NCBI GenBank assembly: GCA_964016885.1
Contig: OZ024742.1
Location: forward strand, 375,534,001 to 375,598,000
Length of the DNA: 64,000 nucleotides
From: Eledone cirrhosa
Lineage: Eukaryota
Direction of reading: 5' to 3'
Shown: positions 22,833 to 36,400 of the stretch, one piece after another
Layout: each line of letters opens with the position of its first letter
How positions within the stretch are numbered: the stretch's first letter is position 1
The notes under the pieces: generated by a model
What the model saw: only the letters and a program-made list of their open reading frames with translations
Databases searched by the model: none
What the model was told of the DNA's origin: nothing
Program-made: the position numbers and the translations under genes

Positions 22833-23166
22833 ACATTATACTGTTATTATAGTATTATTTTGTAAGGATGACAATAAAAATGTTGCCTCCACTTCATAAT
22901 TTCAGGCATTTGTTCTCAACAACCATTTGTAAAATATCGACAGATGTCTAAATGACTTTTCTTTCTAATAATAACAACAATAACAAAACAATAATGACAC
23001 AAATAATGGTTAATAATGACTAAAAATAATAGAGGAAAGAAAAGTATGGGAGTGATTAAAGAACCACCTTACCTCTACTTTTGTTAAAATATAAATATAT
23101 TGAAGTATTTCCTTAAAGCGGCTAGATTGTTATGTAACAAGATCGATAAGGATTTCTACTTCAATC

Positions 23167-23243
23167 AGATTTGAACTCAGAACTTAAAGCGCCGGAACAA
23201 ATATTGATGAACTGTTGTCCGGTGCTCTATCGATTCTGCCAAT
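23167..23243 (-). mobile_element. SINE tRNA-like head fragment
   Basis: The minus strand reads ttggcagaatcgatagagcaccggac...ttctgagttcaaatc, containing A and B boxes. Confidence 0.6.
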
Positions 23244-23485
23244 AAGGCACTGAAACAACCAAACACCCTTACGGGTATCACCTGACACCTTTGTAAGGCG
23301 AGGCTAAGGCACTGAAACAACCCAAAACCCTTACGGGTATCACCTGACACCTTTGTAAGGCGCTGAAACAACCAAGCACCCTCACGGGCATCGCCTGACA
23401 CCTCAGTATGACCGGGTGATGGTGAGGCTAAGGTACTGAGACAACCGAGCACCCCCACGGAGATCCCCTGAAACCTCAGTAAGGT
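23243..23485. repeat. About four copies of a 50-70-bp minisatellite (taaggcactgaaacaaccaaacacccttacgggtatcacctgacacctttg)
   Basis: Diverged tandem copies are directly visible. Confidence 0.85.
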
Positions 23486-23519
23486 GAGCTGCCAATGATG
23501 ACTGTAATAATGATTCCTA

Positions 23520-23715
23520 CATTAGGCACAAGGCCAGCAATATGAAGGGAGATGAAAATCGATTAAATCAACCAAATATTTTATTTTATCGACTCCAAAA
23601 GGTTGATAGGCAAAGTTGCCGCTGGAGGGAGTTGCACTAAAATTGTCAAGGGCTGTAACTATATGCCACAAAGTATTTTGTCCGATGCTCCAACGATCTG
23701 CCAATCCACCACCCT
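23520..23715 (-). mobile_element. Older, diverged tRNA-SINE copy
   Basis: The reverse complement reads gggtggtggattggcagatcgttggagcatcggac...tttgcctatcaaccttttggagtcgataaaataaa...gctggccttgtgccta. Confidence 0.8.
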
Positions 23716-23744
23716 CATTTCATGTAATAATGTAATAATAGATA

Positions 23745-24405
23745 AGCCAAATACAAAGCTAGTAAAAGACCCAGACCTGATATGAAATGTAAGCAGGCTG
23801 GACCAAATATGAAATATAAGCAGACTCAGACCAGATATGAAATGTAAGCAGACACCCAGACAAAATATGAAATGTAAGCAGACTCAGACCGTATATATGA
23901 AATGTAAGCAGGCCCAAATCAGATATGAAATGTAAGCAGGCCCAGACCAAATATGAAATATAAGCAGACCCAGACCAGCTGCGAAATATAAGCAGACCCA
24001 AACCAAATATGAAATATAAGCAGGGCCAGATCAAATATGAAATGTAAGCAGGCCCAGACAACATATGAAATGTAAGCAGGTCCAGACAAAATATGAAATG
24101 TAAGCAGGCCCAGACCAGATATGAAATGTAAGTAGGCACAGACTAGATATGGAATGTAAGTAGGCCCAGATCAGATATGAAATATAAGCAGGCCCAGAGA
24201 AAATATGAAATGGTAGCAGGCCAAGATCAGATATGAAATGTAAGCAGGCCTAAACAACATGTGAAATCTAAGCAGACCCAGACTAAATATGAAATGTAAG
24301 CAGGCCTGGACAAGATATGAAATCTAAGCAGACCCAGACCAGATATGAAATGTAAGCAGGCCCAGATCAGATATGAAATGAAAGCAGCATGGCACAAGAT
24401 GTGAA
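23745..24405. repeat. ~28-bp minisatellite (atatgaaatgtaagcaggcccagaccag), about 22 units
   Basis: The periodicity is directly visible. Confidence 0.93.
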
Positions 24406-24487
24406 AAGACTGGGACATAGAATTACAGATTTTTGCCAGCTTAGTGAACTGGAGTAAAATAAAGTGCCTTGACACAACATGCCTATA

Positions 24488-27400
24488 TAGACAGTTTAAG
24501 TCTACCATCCAACACCCAGGTAGTAATGTTAAACTAGACAGTTTAAGTCTACCACCCAACACCCAGGTAGTAATGTTGAACTAGACAGTTTAAGTCTACC
24601 ACCCAACACCCAGGTGGTAATGTTAAACTAGACAGTTTAAGTCTACCACCCAACAACCAGGTAGTAATGTTAAACTAGATAGGTTAAGTCTACCACCCAA
24701 CACCCAGGTGGTAATGTTAAACTAGACAGTTTAAGTCTACCACCCAACAACCAGGTAGTAATGTTGAACTAGACAGTTTAAGTCTACCACCCAACACCCA
24801 GGTGGTAATGTTAAACAAGACATTAAGTCTACCACCAAACACCCAGGTGTTAATGTTAAACTAGACAGTTTAAGTCTACCACCCAACACCCAGGTGGTAA
24901 TGTTAAACTAGACAGTTTAAGTCTACCACCCAACAACCAGGTAGTAATGTTGAACTAGACAGTTTAAGTCTACCACCCAACACCCAGGTGGTAATGTTAA
25001 ACAAGACATTAAGTCTACCACCAAACACCCAGGTGTTAATGTAAAACTAGACAGTTTAAGTCTACCACCCACCACCCAGGTAGTAATGTTAAACTAGACA
25101 TTAAGTCTACCACCCAACACCCAGGTAGTGATGTTTAACTAGACATTAAGTCTACCACCCAACACCCAGGTAGTAATGTTAAACTAGACATTAAGTCAAC
25201 ACCCAGGTAGTAATGTTAAAATAGACAGGTTAAGTCTACCACCCAACAGCCAGGTAGTAATGTTAAACTAGTCATTAAGTCTACCACCCAACAGCCAGGT
25301 AGTAATGTTAAACTAGTCGTTAAGTCTACCACCCAACACCCAGGTAGTAATGTTAAACTAGATAGGTTAAGTCTACCACCCAACACCCAGGTAGTAATGT
25401 TAAACTAGACAGGTTAAGTCTACCACCCAACACCCAGGTAGTAATGTTAAACTAGACATTAAGTCTACCACCCAACACCCAGGTAGTAATGTTAAACTAG
25501 ATAGGTTAAGTCTACCACCCAACACCCAAGTAGTAATGCTAAACTAGACAGGTTAAGTCTACCACCCAACACCCAGCTAGGAATGTTAAACTAGACAGTT
25601 TAAGTCTACCACCCAACACCCAGGTAGTAATGTTCAACCAGACATTAAGTCTACCACCCAGGTAGTAATGTTAAACTAGACAGTTTAAGTCAATCACCCA
25701 ACACCCAGGTAGTAATGTTAAACTAGACAGTTTAAGTCTACCCCCAACACCCAGGTAGTAATGTTAAGCTAGACAGTTAAAGTCTACCAACCAACACCCA
25801 GAGGGTAATATTAAACTAGACAGGTTAAGTCTACCACCGAACACCCAGGTAGTAATTTTAAACTAGACAGGTTAAGTCTACCACCCAACACCCAGGTAGT
25901 AATGTTAAACTAGACAGTTTAAGTCTACCACCCAACATCCAGGTAGTAATGTTAAATTAGACATTAAGTCTACCACCCAACACCCAGGTAGTAATGTTAA
26001 ACTAGACATTAAGTCTACCTCCCAACACCCAGGTAGGAATGTTAAACTAAACATTAAGTCTACCACCCAACACCCAGGTAGTAATGTTAAACTAGATAGG
26101 TTAAGTCTACCACCCAACACCCAAGTAGTAATGCTAAACTAGACAGGTTAAGTCTACCACCCAACACCCAGGTAGTAATGTTAAACTAGACATTAAGTCT
26201 ACTACCCAACACCCAGGTAGTAATTTTAAACTAGATAGGTTAAGTCTACCACCCAACACCCAAGTAGTAATGCTAAACTAGACAGGTTAAGTCTACCACC
26301 CAACACCCGGGTAGTAATGTTAAACTAGACACTAAGTCTACCACCCAACACCCAGGTAGTAATGTTAAACTAGACATTAAGTCTACCACCCAACACCCAG
26401 GTAGTAATGTTAAACTAGATAGGTTAAGTCTACCACCCAACACCCAAGTAGTAATGCTAAACTAGACAGGTTACGTCTACCACCCAACACCCAGGTAGTA
26501 ATGTTAAACTAGACAGTTTAAGTCTACCACCCAACACCCAGGTAGTAATGTTAAACTAGACATTAAGTCTACCACCCAACACCCAGGTAGTAATGTTAAA
26601 CTAGATAGGTTAAGACTACCACCCAACACCCAGGTAGTAATGTTAAACTAGACAGGTTAAGTCTACCACCCAACACCCAGCTAGGAATGTTAAACTAGAG
26701 AGTTTAAGTCTACCACCCAACATCCAGGTAGTAATGTTAAACTAGACATTAAGTCTACCACCCAGGTAGTAATGTTAAACTAGATAGTTTAAGTCAACCA
26801 CCAGACACCCAGGTAGTAATGTTAAACTAGACAGGTTAAGTCTACCACCCAACACCCATGTAGTAATGTTAAACTAAACATTAAGTCTACCACCCGACAC
26901 CAAGGTAGTAATGTTAAACTAGACAGATTAAGTCTACCACCCAACACCCAGGTAGTAATGTTAAACTAGACAGGTTAAGTCTACCACCCAACACCCAGGT
27001 AGTAATGTTAAACTAGACAGGTTAACTCTACCACGCAACACCCAGGTGGTAATGTTAAACTAGACAGTTTAAGTCTACCACCCAACAACCAGGTAGTAAT
27101 GTTAAACTAGACAGGTTAACTCTACCACGCAACACCCAGGTGGTAATGTTAAACTAGACAGTTTAAGTATACCACCCAACACCCAAGTAGTAATGTTGAA
27201 CTAGACAGTTTAAGTCTACCACCCAACACCCAGGTGGTAATGTTAAACAAGACATTAAGTCTACCACCAAACACCCAGGTGTTAATGTTAAACTAGACAG
27301 TTTAAGTCTACCACCCAACACCCAGGTGGTAATGTTAAACTAGACAGTTTAAGTCTACCACCCAACAACCAGGTAGTAATGTTGAACTAGACAGTTTAAG

Positions 27401-30400
27401 TCTACCACCCAACACCCAGGTGGTAATGTTAAACAAGACATTGAGTCTACCACCAAACACCCAGGTGTTAATGTAAAACTAGACAGTTTAAGTCTACTAC
27501 CCAACACCCAGGTAGTAATGTTAAACTAGACATTAAGTCTACCACCCAACACCCAGGTGTTAATGTAAAACTAGACAGTTTAAGTCTACCACCCACCACC
27601 CAGATAGTAATGTTAAACTAGACATTATGTATACCACCCAACACCCAGGTAGTGATGTTTAACTAGACATTAAGTCTACCACCCAACACCCAGGTAGTAA
27701 TGTTAAACTACACATTAAGTCTACCACCCAACACACAGGTAGTAATGTTAAGCTACACAGTTTAAGTCTACCACCCAACACCCAGGTAGTAATGTTAAAC
27801 TAGACAGGTTAAGTCTACCACCCAACAGCCAGGTAGTAATGTTAAACTAGTCATTAAGTCTACCACCCAACAGCCAGGTAGTAATGTTAAACTAGTCATT
27901 AAGTCTACCACCCAACACCCAGGTAGTAATGTTAAACTAGATAGGTTAAGTCTACCACCCAACACCCAGGTAGTAATGTTAAACTAGACAGGTTAAGTCT
28001 ACCACCCAACACCCAGGTAGTAATGTTAAACTAGACATTAAGTCTACCACCCAACACCCAGGTAGTAATGTTAAACTAGACAGATTAAGTCTACCACCCA
28101 ACACCCAGCTAGGAATGTTAAACTAGACAGTTTAAGTCTACCACCCAACACCCAGGTAGTAATGTTCAACTAGACATTAATTCTACCACCCAACACCCAG
28201 GTAGTAATGTTCAACTAGACATTAATTCTACCACCCAACACCCAGGTAGTAATGTTAAACTAGACAGTTTAAGTCTACCACCCAACACCCAGGTAGTAAT
28301 GTTAAGCTAGACAGTTAAAGTCTACCAACCAACACCCAGAGGGTAATATTAAACTAGACAGGTTAAGTCTACCACCGAACACCCAGGTAGTAATGTTAAA
28401 CTAGACAGGTTAAGTCTACCACCCAACACCCACGTAGTAATGTTAAACTAGACAGTTTAAGTCTACCACCCAACATCCAGGTAGTAATGTTAAACAAGAC
28501 ATTAAGTCTACCACCCAACACCCAGGTAGTAATGTTAAACTAGATAGGTTAAGTCTACCACCCAACACCCAAGTAGTAATGCTAAACTAGACAGGTTAAG
28601 TCTACCAACCAACACCCAGGTAGTAATGTTAAACTAGACATTAAGTCTACCACCCAACACCCAGGTAGTAATGTTAAACTAGACATTAAGTCTACCACCC
28701 AACACCCAGGTAGTAATGTTAAACTAGATAGGTTAAGTCTACCACCCAACACCCTAGTAGTAATGCTAAACTAAACAGGTTAAGTCTACCACCCAACACC
28801 CAGGTGGTAATGTTAAACTAGACAGTTTAAGTCTACCACCCAACAACCAGGTAGTAATGTTGAACTAGACATTAAGTCTACCCCCCAACAACCAGGTAGT
28901 AATGTTAAACTAGACAGTTTAAGTCTACCACCCAACACCCAGGTAGTAATGTTAAACTAGACAGATTAAGTCTACCACCCAACACCCAGGTAGTAATGTT
29001 AAACTAGACATTAAGTCTACCACCCAACACCCAGGTAGTGATGTTTAACTAGACATTAAGTCTACCACCCAACACCCAGGTAGTAATGTTAAACTAGACA
29101 TTAAGTCAACACACAGGTAGTAATGTTAAACTAGACAGGTTAAGTCTAACACCCAACAGCCAGGTAGTAATGTTAAACTAGTCGTTAAGTCTACCACCCA
29201 ACACCCAGGTAGTAATGTTAAACTAGATAGGTTAAGTCTACCACCCAACACCGAGGTAGTAATGTTAAACTAGACAGGTTAAGTCTACCACCCAACACCC
29301 AGGTAGTAATGTTAAACTAGATAGGTTAAGTCTACCACCCAACACCCAAGTAGTAATGCTAAACTAGACAGGTTAAGTCTACCACCCAACACCCAGCTAG
29401 GAATGTTAAACTAGACAGTTTAAGTCTACCACCCAACACCCAGGTAGTAATGTTCAACCAGACATTAAGTCTACCACCCAGGTAGTAATGTTAAACTAGA
29501 CAGTTTAAGTCAATCACCCAACACCCAGGTAGTAATGTTAAACTAGACAGTTTAAGTCTACCCCCAACACCCAGGTAGTAATGTTAAGCTAGACAGTTAA
29601 AGTCTACCAACCAACACCCAGAGGGTAATGTTAAACTAGACAGGTTAAGTCTACCACCCAACACCCAGGTAGTAATGTTAAACTAGACAGTTTAAGTCTA
29701 CCACCCAACATCCAGGTAGTAATGTTAAATTAGACATTAAGTCTACCACCCAACACCCAGGTAGTAATGTTAAACTAGACATTAAGTCTACCACCCAACA
29801 CCCAGGTAGTAATGTTAAACTAGATAGGTTAAGTCTACCACCCAACACCCAAGTAGTAATGCTAAACTAGACAGGTTAAGTCTACCACCCAACACCCAGG
29901 TAGTAATGTTCAACCAGACATTAAGTCTACCACCCAGGTAGTAATGTTAAACTAGACAGTTTAAGTCAATCACCCAACACCCAGGTAGTAATGTTAAACT
30001 AGACAGTTTAAGTCTACCACCCAACACCCAGGTAGTAATGTTCAACCAGACATTAAGTCTACCACCCAGGTAGTAATGTTAAACTAGACAGTTTAAGTCA
30101 ATCACCCAACACCCAGGTAGTAATGTTAAACTAGACAGTTTAAGTCTACCCCCAACACCCAGGTAGTAATGTTAAGCTAGACAGTTAAAGTCTACCAACC
30201 AACACCCAGAGGGTAATATTAAACTAGACAGGTTAAGTCTACCACCGAACACCCAGGTAGTAATGTTAAACTAGACAGGTTAAGTCTACCACCCAACACC
30301 CAGGTAGTAATGTTAAACTAGACAGTTTAAGTCTACCACCCAACATCCAGGTAGTAATGTTAAATTAGACATTAAGTCTACCACCCAACACCCAGGTAGT

Positions 30401-33400
30401 AATGTTAAACTAGACATTAAGTCTACCACCCAACACCCAGGTAGTAATGTTAAACTAAACATTAAGTCTACCACCCAACACCCAGGTAGTAATGTTAAAC
30501 TAGATAGGTTAAGTCTACCACCCAACACCCAAGTAGTAATGCTAAACTAGACAGGTTAAGTCTACCACCCAACACCCAGGTAGTAATGTTAAACTAGACA
30601 TTAAGTCTACCACCCAACATCCAGGTAGTAATGTTAAACTAGACAGATTAAGTCTACCACCCAACACCCAGGTAGTAATGCTAAACTAGACATTAAGTCT
30701 ACCACCCAACACCCAGGTAGTAATGTTAAACTAGACAGATTAAGTCTACCACCCAACACCCAGGTAGTAATGTTAAACTAGACATTAAGTCTACCACCCA
30801 ACACCCAGGTAGTAATGTTAAACTAGACAGTTTAAGTCTACCACCCAACACCCAGGTAGTAATGTTAAACTAGACAGTTTAAGTCTACCAACCAACACCC
30901 AGGAATTAATGTTAAACTAGACATTAAGTATACCACCCAGGTAGTAATGTTAAACTAGATAGGTTAAGTCTACCACCCAACACCCAAGTAGTAATGCTAA
31001 ACTAGACAGGTTAAGTCTACCACCCAACACCCAGGTAGTAATGTTAAACTAGACATTAAGTCTACCACCCAACACCCAGGTAGTAATGTTAAACTAGATA
31101 GGTTAAGTCTACCACCCAACACCCAGGTAGTAATGTTAAACTAGACATTAAGTCTACCACCCAACACCCAGGTAGTAATGTTAAACTAGACATTAAGTCT
31201 ACCACCCAACACCCAGGTAGTAATGTTAAACTAGATAGGTTAAGTCTACCACCCAACACCCAAGTAGTAATGCTAAACTAGACAGGTTAAGTCAACCACC
31301 AGACACCCAGGTAGTAATGTTAAACTAGACAGGTTAAGTCTACCACCCAACACCCAGGTAGTAATGTTAAACTAGACAGGTTAAGTCTACCACCCAACAC
31401 CCAGCTAGGAATGTTAAACTAGAGAGTTTAAGTCTACCACCCAACATCCAGGTAGTAATGTTAAACTAGACATTAAGTCTACCACCCAGGTAGTAATGTT
31501 AAACTAGATAGTTTAAGTCAACCACCAGACACCCAGGTAGTAATGTTAAACTAGACAGGTTAAGTCTACCACCCAACACCCATGTAGTAATGTTAAACTA
31601 AACATTAAGTCTACCACCCGACACCAAGGTAGTAATGTTAAACTAGACAGATTAAGTCTACCACCCAACACCCAGGTAGTAATGTTAAACTAAACAGGTT
31701 AAGTCTACCACCCAACACCCAGGTAGTAATGTTAAACTAGACAGGTTAACTCTACCACCCAACACCCAGGTGGTAATGTTAAACTAGACAGGTTAACTCT
31801 ACCACGCAACACCCAGGTGGTAATGTTAAACTAGACAGTTTAAGTCTACCACCCAACAACCAGGTAGTAATGTTAAACTAGACAGGTTAACTCTACCACG
31901 CAACACCCAGGTGGTAATGTTAAACTAGACAGTTTAAGTATACCACCCAACACCCAGGTGGTAATGTTAAACAAGACATTAAGTCTACCACCAAACACCC
32001 AGGTGTTAATGTTAAACTAGACAGTTTAAGTCTACCACCCAACACCCAGGTGGTAATGTTAAACTAGACAGTTTAAGTCTACCACCCAACAACCAGGTAG
32101 TAATGTTGAACTAGACAGTTTAAGTCTACCACCCAACACCCAGGTGGTAATGTTAAACAAGACATTGAGTCTACCACCAAACACCCAGGTGTTAATGTAA
32201 AACTAGACAGTTTAAGTCTACTACCCAACACCCAGGTAGTAATGTTAAACTAGACATTAAGTCTACCACCCAACACCCAGGTGTTAATGTAAAACTAGAC
32301 AGTTTAAGTCTACCACCCACCACCCAGATAGTAATGTTAAACTAGACATTATGTATACCACCCAACACCCAGGTAGTGATGTTTTACTAGACATTAAGTC
32401 TACCACCCAACACCCAGGTAGTAATGTTAAACTACACATTAAGTCTACCGCCCAACACACAGGTAGTAATGTTAAGCTACACAGTTTAAGTCTACCACCC
32501 AACACCCAGGTAGTAATGTTAAACTAGACAGGTTAAGTCTACCACCCAACAGCCAGGTAGTAATGTTAAACTAGTCATTAAGTCTACCACCCAACAGCCA
32601 GGTAGTAATGTTAAACTAGTCATTAAGTCTACCACCCAACACCCAGGTAGTAATGTTAAACTAGACAGATTAAGTCTACCACCCAACACCCAGCTAGGAA
32701 TGTTAAACTAGACAGTTTAAGTCTACCACCCAACACCCAGGTAGTAATGTTCAACTAGACATTAATTCTACCACCCAACACCCAGGTAGTAATGTTCAAC
32801 TAGACATTAATTCTACCACCCAACACCCAGGTAGTAATGTTAAACTAGACAGTTTAAGTCTACCACCCAACACCCAGGTAGTAATGTTAAGCTAGACAGT
32901 TAAAGTCTACCAACCAACACCCAGAGGGTAATATTAAACTAGACAGGTTAAGTCTACCACCGAACACCCAGGTAGTAATGTTAAACTAGACAGGTTAAGT
33001 CTACCACCCAACACCCACGTAGTAATGTTAAACTAGACAGTTTAAGTCTACCACCCAACATCCAGGTAGTAATGTTAAACAAGACATTAAGTCTACCACC
33101 CAACTCCCAGGTAGTAATGTTAAACTAGATAGGTTAAGTCTACCACCCAACACCCAAGTAGTAATGCTAAACTAGACAGGTTAAGTCTACCAACCAACAC
33201 CCAGGTAGTAATGTTAAACTAGACATTAAGTCTACCACCCAACACCCAGGTAGTAATGTTAAACTAGACATTAAGTCTACCACCCAACACCCAGGTAGTA
33301 ATGTTAAACTAGATAGGTTAAGTCTACCACCCAACACCCTAGTAGTAATGCTAAACTAAACAGATTAAGTCTACCACCCAACACCCAGGTGGTAATGTTA

Positions 33401-36400
33401 AACTAGACAGTTTAAGTCTACCACCCAACAACCAGGTAGTAATGTTGAACTAGACATTAAGTCTACCCCCCAACAACCAGGTAGTAATGTTAAACTAGAC
33501 AGTTTAAGTCTACCACCCAACACCCAGGTAGTAATGTTAAACTAGACAGATTAAGTCTACCACCCAACACCCAGGTAGTAATGTTAAACTAGACATTAAG
33601 TCTACCACCCAACACCCAGGTAGTGATGTTTAACTAGACATTAAGTCTACCACCCAACACCCAGGTAGTAATGTTAAACTAGACATTAAGTCAACACCCA
33701 GGTAGTAATGTTAAACTAGACAGGTTAAGTCTAACACCCAACAGCCAGGTAGTAATGTTAAACTAGTCGTTAAGTCTACCACCCAACACCCAGGTAGTAA
33801 TGTTAAACTAGATAGGTTAAGTCTACCACCCAACACCGAGGTAGTAATGTTAAACTAGACAGGTTAAGTCTACCACCCAACACCCAGGTAGTAATGTTAA
33901 ACTAGATAGGTTAAGTCTACCACCCAACACCCAAGTAGTAATGCTAAACTAGACAGGTTAAGTCTACCACCCAACACCCAGCTAGGAATGTTAAACTAGA
34001 CAGTTTAAGTCTACCACCCAACACCCAGGTAGTAATGTTCAACCAGACATTAAGTCTACCACCCAGGTAGTAATGTTAAACTAGACAGTTTAAGTCTACC
34101 CCCAACACCCAGGTAGTAATGTTAAGCTAGACAGTTAAAGTCTACCAACCAACACCCAGAGGGTAATGTTAAACTAGACAGGTTAAGTCTACCACCCAAC
34201 ACCCAGGTAGTAATGTTAAACTAGACAGTTTAAGTCTACCACCCAACATCCAGGTAGTAATGTTAAATTAGACATTAAGTCTACCACCCAACACCCAGGT
34301 AGTAATGTTAAACTAGACATTAAGTCTACCACCCAACACCCAGGTAGTAATGTTAAACTAGATAGGTTAAGTCTACCACCCAACACCCAAGTAGTAATGC
34401 TAAACTAGACAGGTTAAGTCTACCACCCAACACCCAGGTAGTAATGTTCAACCAGACATTAAGTCTACCACCCAGGTAGTAATGTTAAACTAGACAGTTT
34501 AAGTCAATCACCCAACACCCAGGTAGTAATGTTAAACTAGACAGTTTAAGTCTACCACCCAACACCCAGGTAGTAATGTTCAACCAGACATTAAGTCTAC
34601 CACCCAGGTAGTAATGTTAAACTAGACAGTTTAAGTCAATCACCCAACACCCAGGTAGTAATGTTAAACTAGACAGTTTAAGTCTACCCCCAACACCCAG
34701 GTAGTAATGTTAAGCTAGACAGTTAAAGTCTACCAACCAACACCCAGAGGGTAATATTAAACTAGACAGGTTAAGTCTACCACCGAACACCCAGGTAGTA
34801 ATGTTAAACTAGACAGGTTAAGTCTACCACCCAACACCCAGGTAGTAATGTTAAACTAGACAGTTTAAGTCTACCACCCAACATCCAGGTAGTAATGTTA
34901 AATTAGACATTAAGTCTACCACCCAACACCCAGGTAGTAATGTTAAACTAGACATTAAGTCTACCACCCAACACCCAGGTAGTAATGTTAAACTAAACAT
35001 TAAGTCTACCACCCAACACCCAGGTAGTAATGTTAAACTAGATAGGTTAAGTCTACCACCCAACACCCAAGTAGTAATGCTAAACTAGACAGGTTAAGTC
35101 TACCACCCAACACCCAGGTATTAATGTTAAACTAGACATTAAGTCTACCACCCAACATCCAGGTAGTAATGTTAAACTAGACAGATTAAGTCTACCACCC
35201 AACACCCAGGTAGTAATGCTAAACTAGACATTAAGTCTACCACCCAACACCCAGGTGGTAATGTTAAACTAGACAGGTTAACTCTACCACGCAACACCCA
35301 GGTGGTAATGTTAAACTAGACAGTTTAAGTCTACCACCCAACAACCAGGTAGTAATGTTAAACTAGACAGGTTAACTCTACCACGCAACACCCAGGTGGT
35401 AATGTTAAACTAGACAGTTTAAGTATACCACCCAACACCCAGGTGGTAATGTTAAACAAGACATTAAGTCTACCACCAAACACCCAGGTGTTAATGTTAA
35501 ACTAGACAGTTTAAGTCTACCACCCAACACCCAGGTGGTAATGTTAAACTAGACAGTTTAAGTCTACCACCCAACAACCAGGTAGTAATGTTGAACTAGA
35601 CAGTTTAAGTCTACCACCCAACACCCAGGTGGTAATGTTAAACAAGACATTGAGTCTACCACCAAACACCCAGGTGTTAATGTAAAACTAGACAGTTTAA
35701 GTCTACTACCCAACACCCAGGTAGTAATGTTAAACTAGACATTAAGTCTACCACCCAACACCCAGGTGTTAATGTAAAACTAGACAGTTTAAGTCTACCA
35801 CCCACCACCCAGATAGTAATGTTAAACTAGACATTATGTATACCACCCAACACCCAGGTAGTGATGTTTAACTAGACATTAAGTCTACCACCCAACACCC
35901 AGGTAGTAATGTTAAACTACACATTAAGTCTACCGCCCAACACACAGGTAGTAATGTTAAGCTACACAGTTTAAGTCTACCACCCAACACCCAGGTAGTA
36001 ATGTTAAACTAGACAGGTTAAGTCTACCACCCAACAGCCAGGTAGTAATGTTAAACTAGTCATTAAGTCTACCACCCAACAGCCAGGTAGTAATGTTAAA
36101 CTAGTCATTAAGTCTACCACCCAACACCCAGGTAGTAATGTTAAACTAGACAGATTAAGTCTACCACCCAACACCCAGCTAGGAATGTTAAACTAGACAG
36201 TTTAAGTCTACCACCCAACACCCAGGTAGTAATGTTCAACTAGACATTAATTCTACCACCCAACACCCAGGTAGTAATGTTCAACTAGACATTAATTCTA
36301 CCACCCAACACCCAGGTAGTAATGTTAAACTAGACAGTTTAAGTCTACCACCCAACACCCAGGTAGTAATGTTAAGCTAGACAGTTAAAGTCTACCAACC

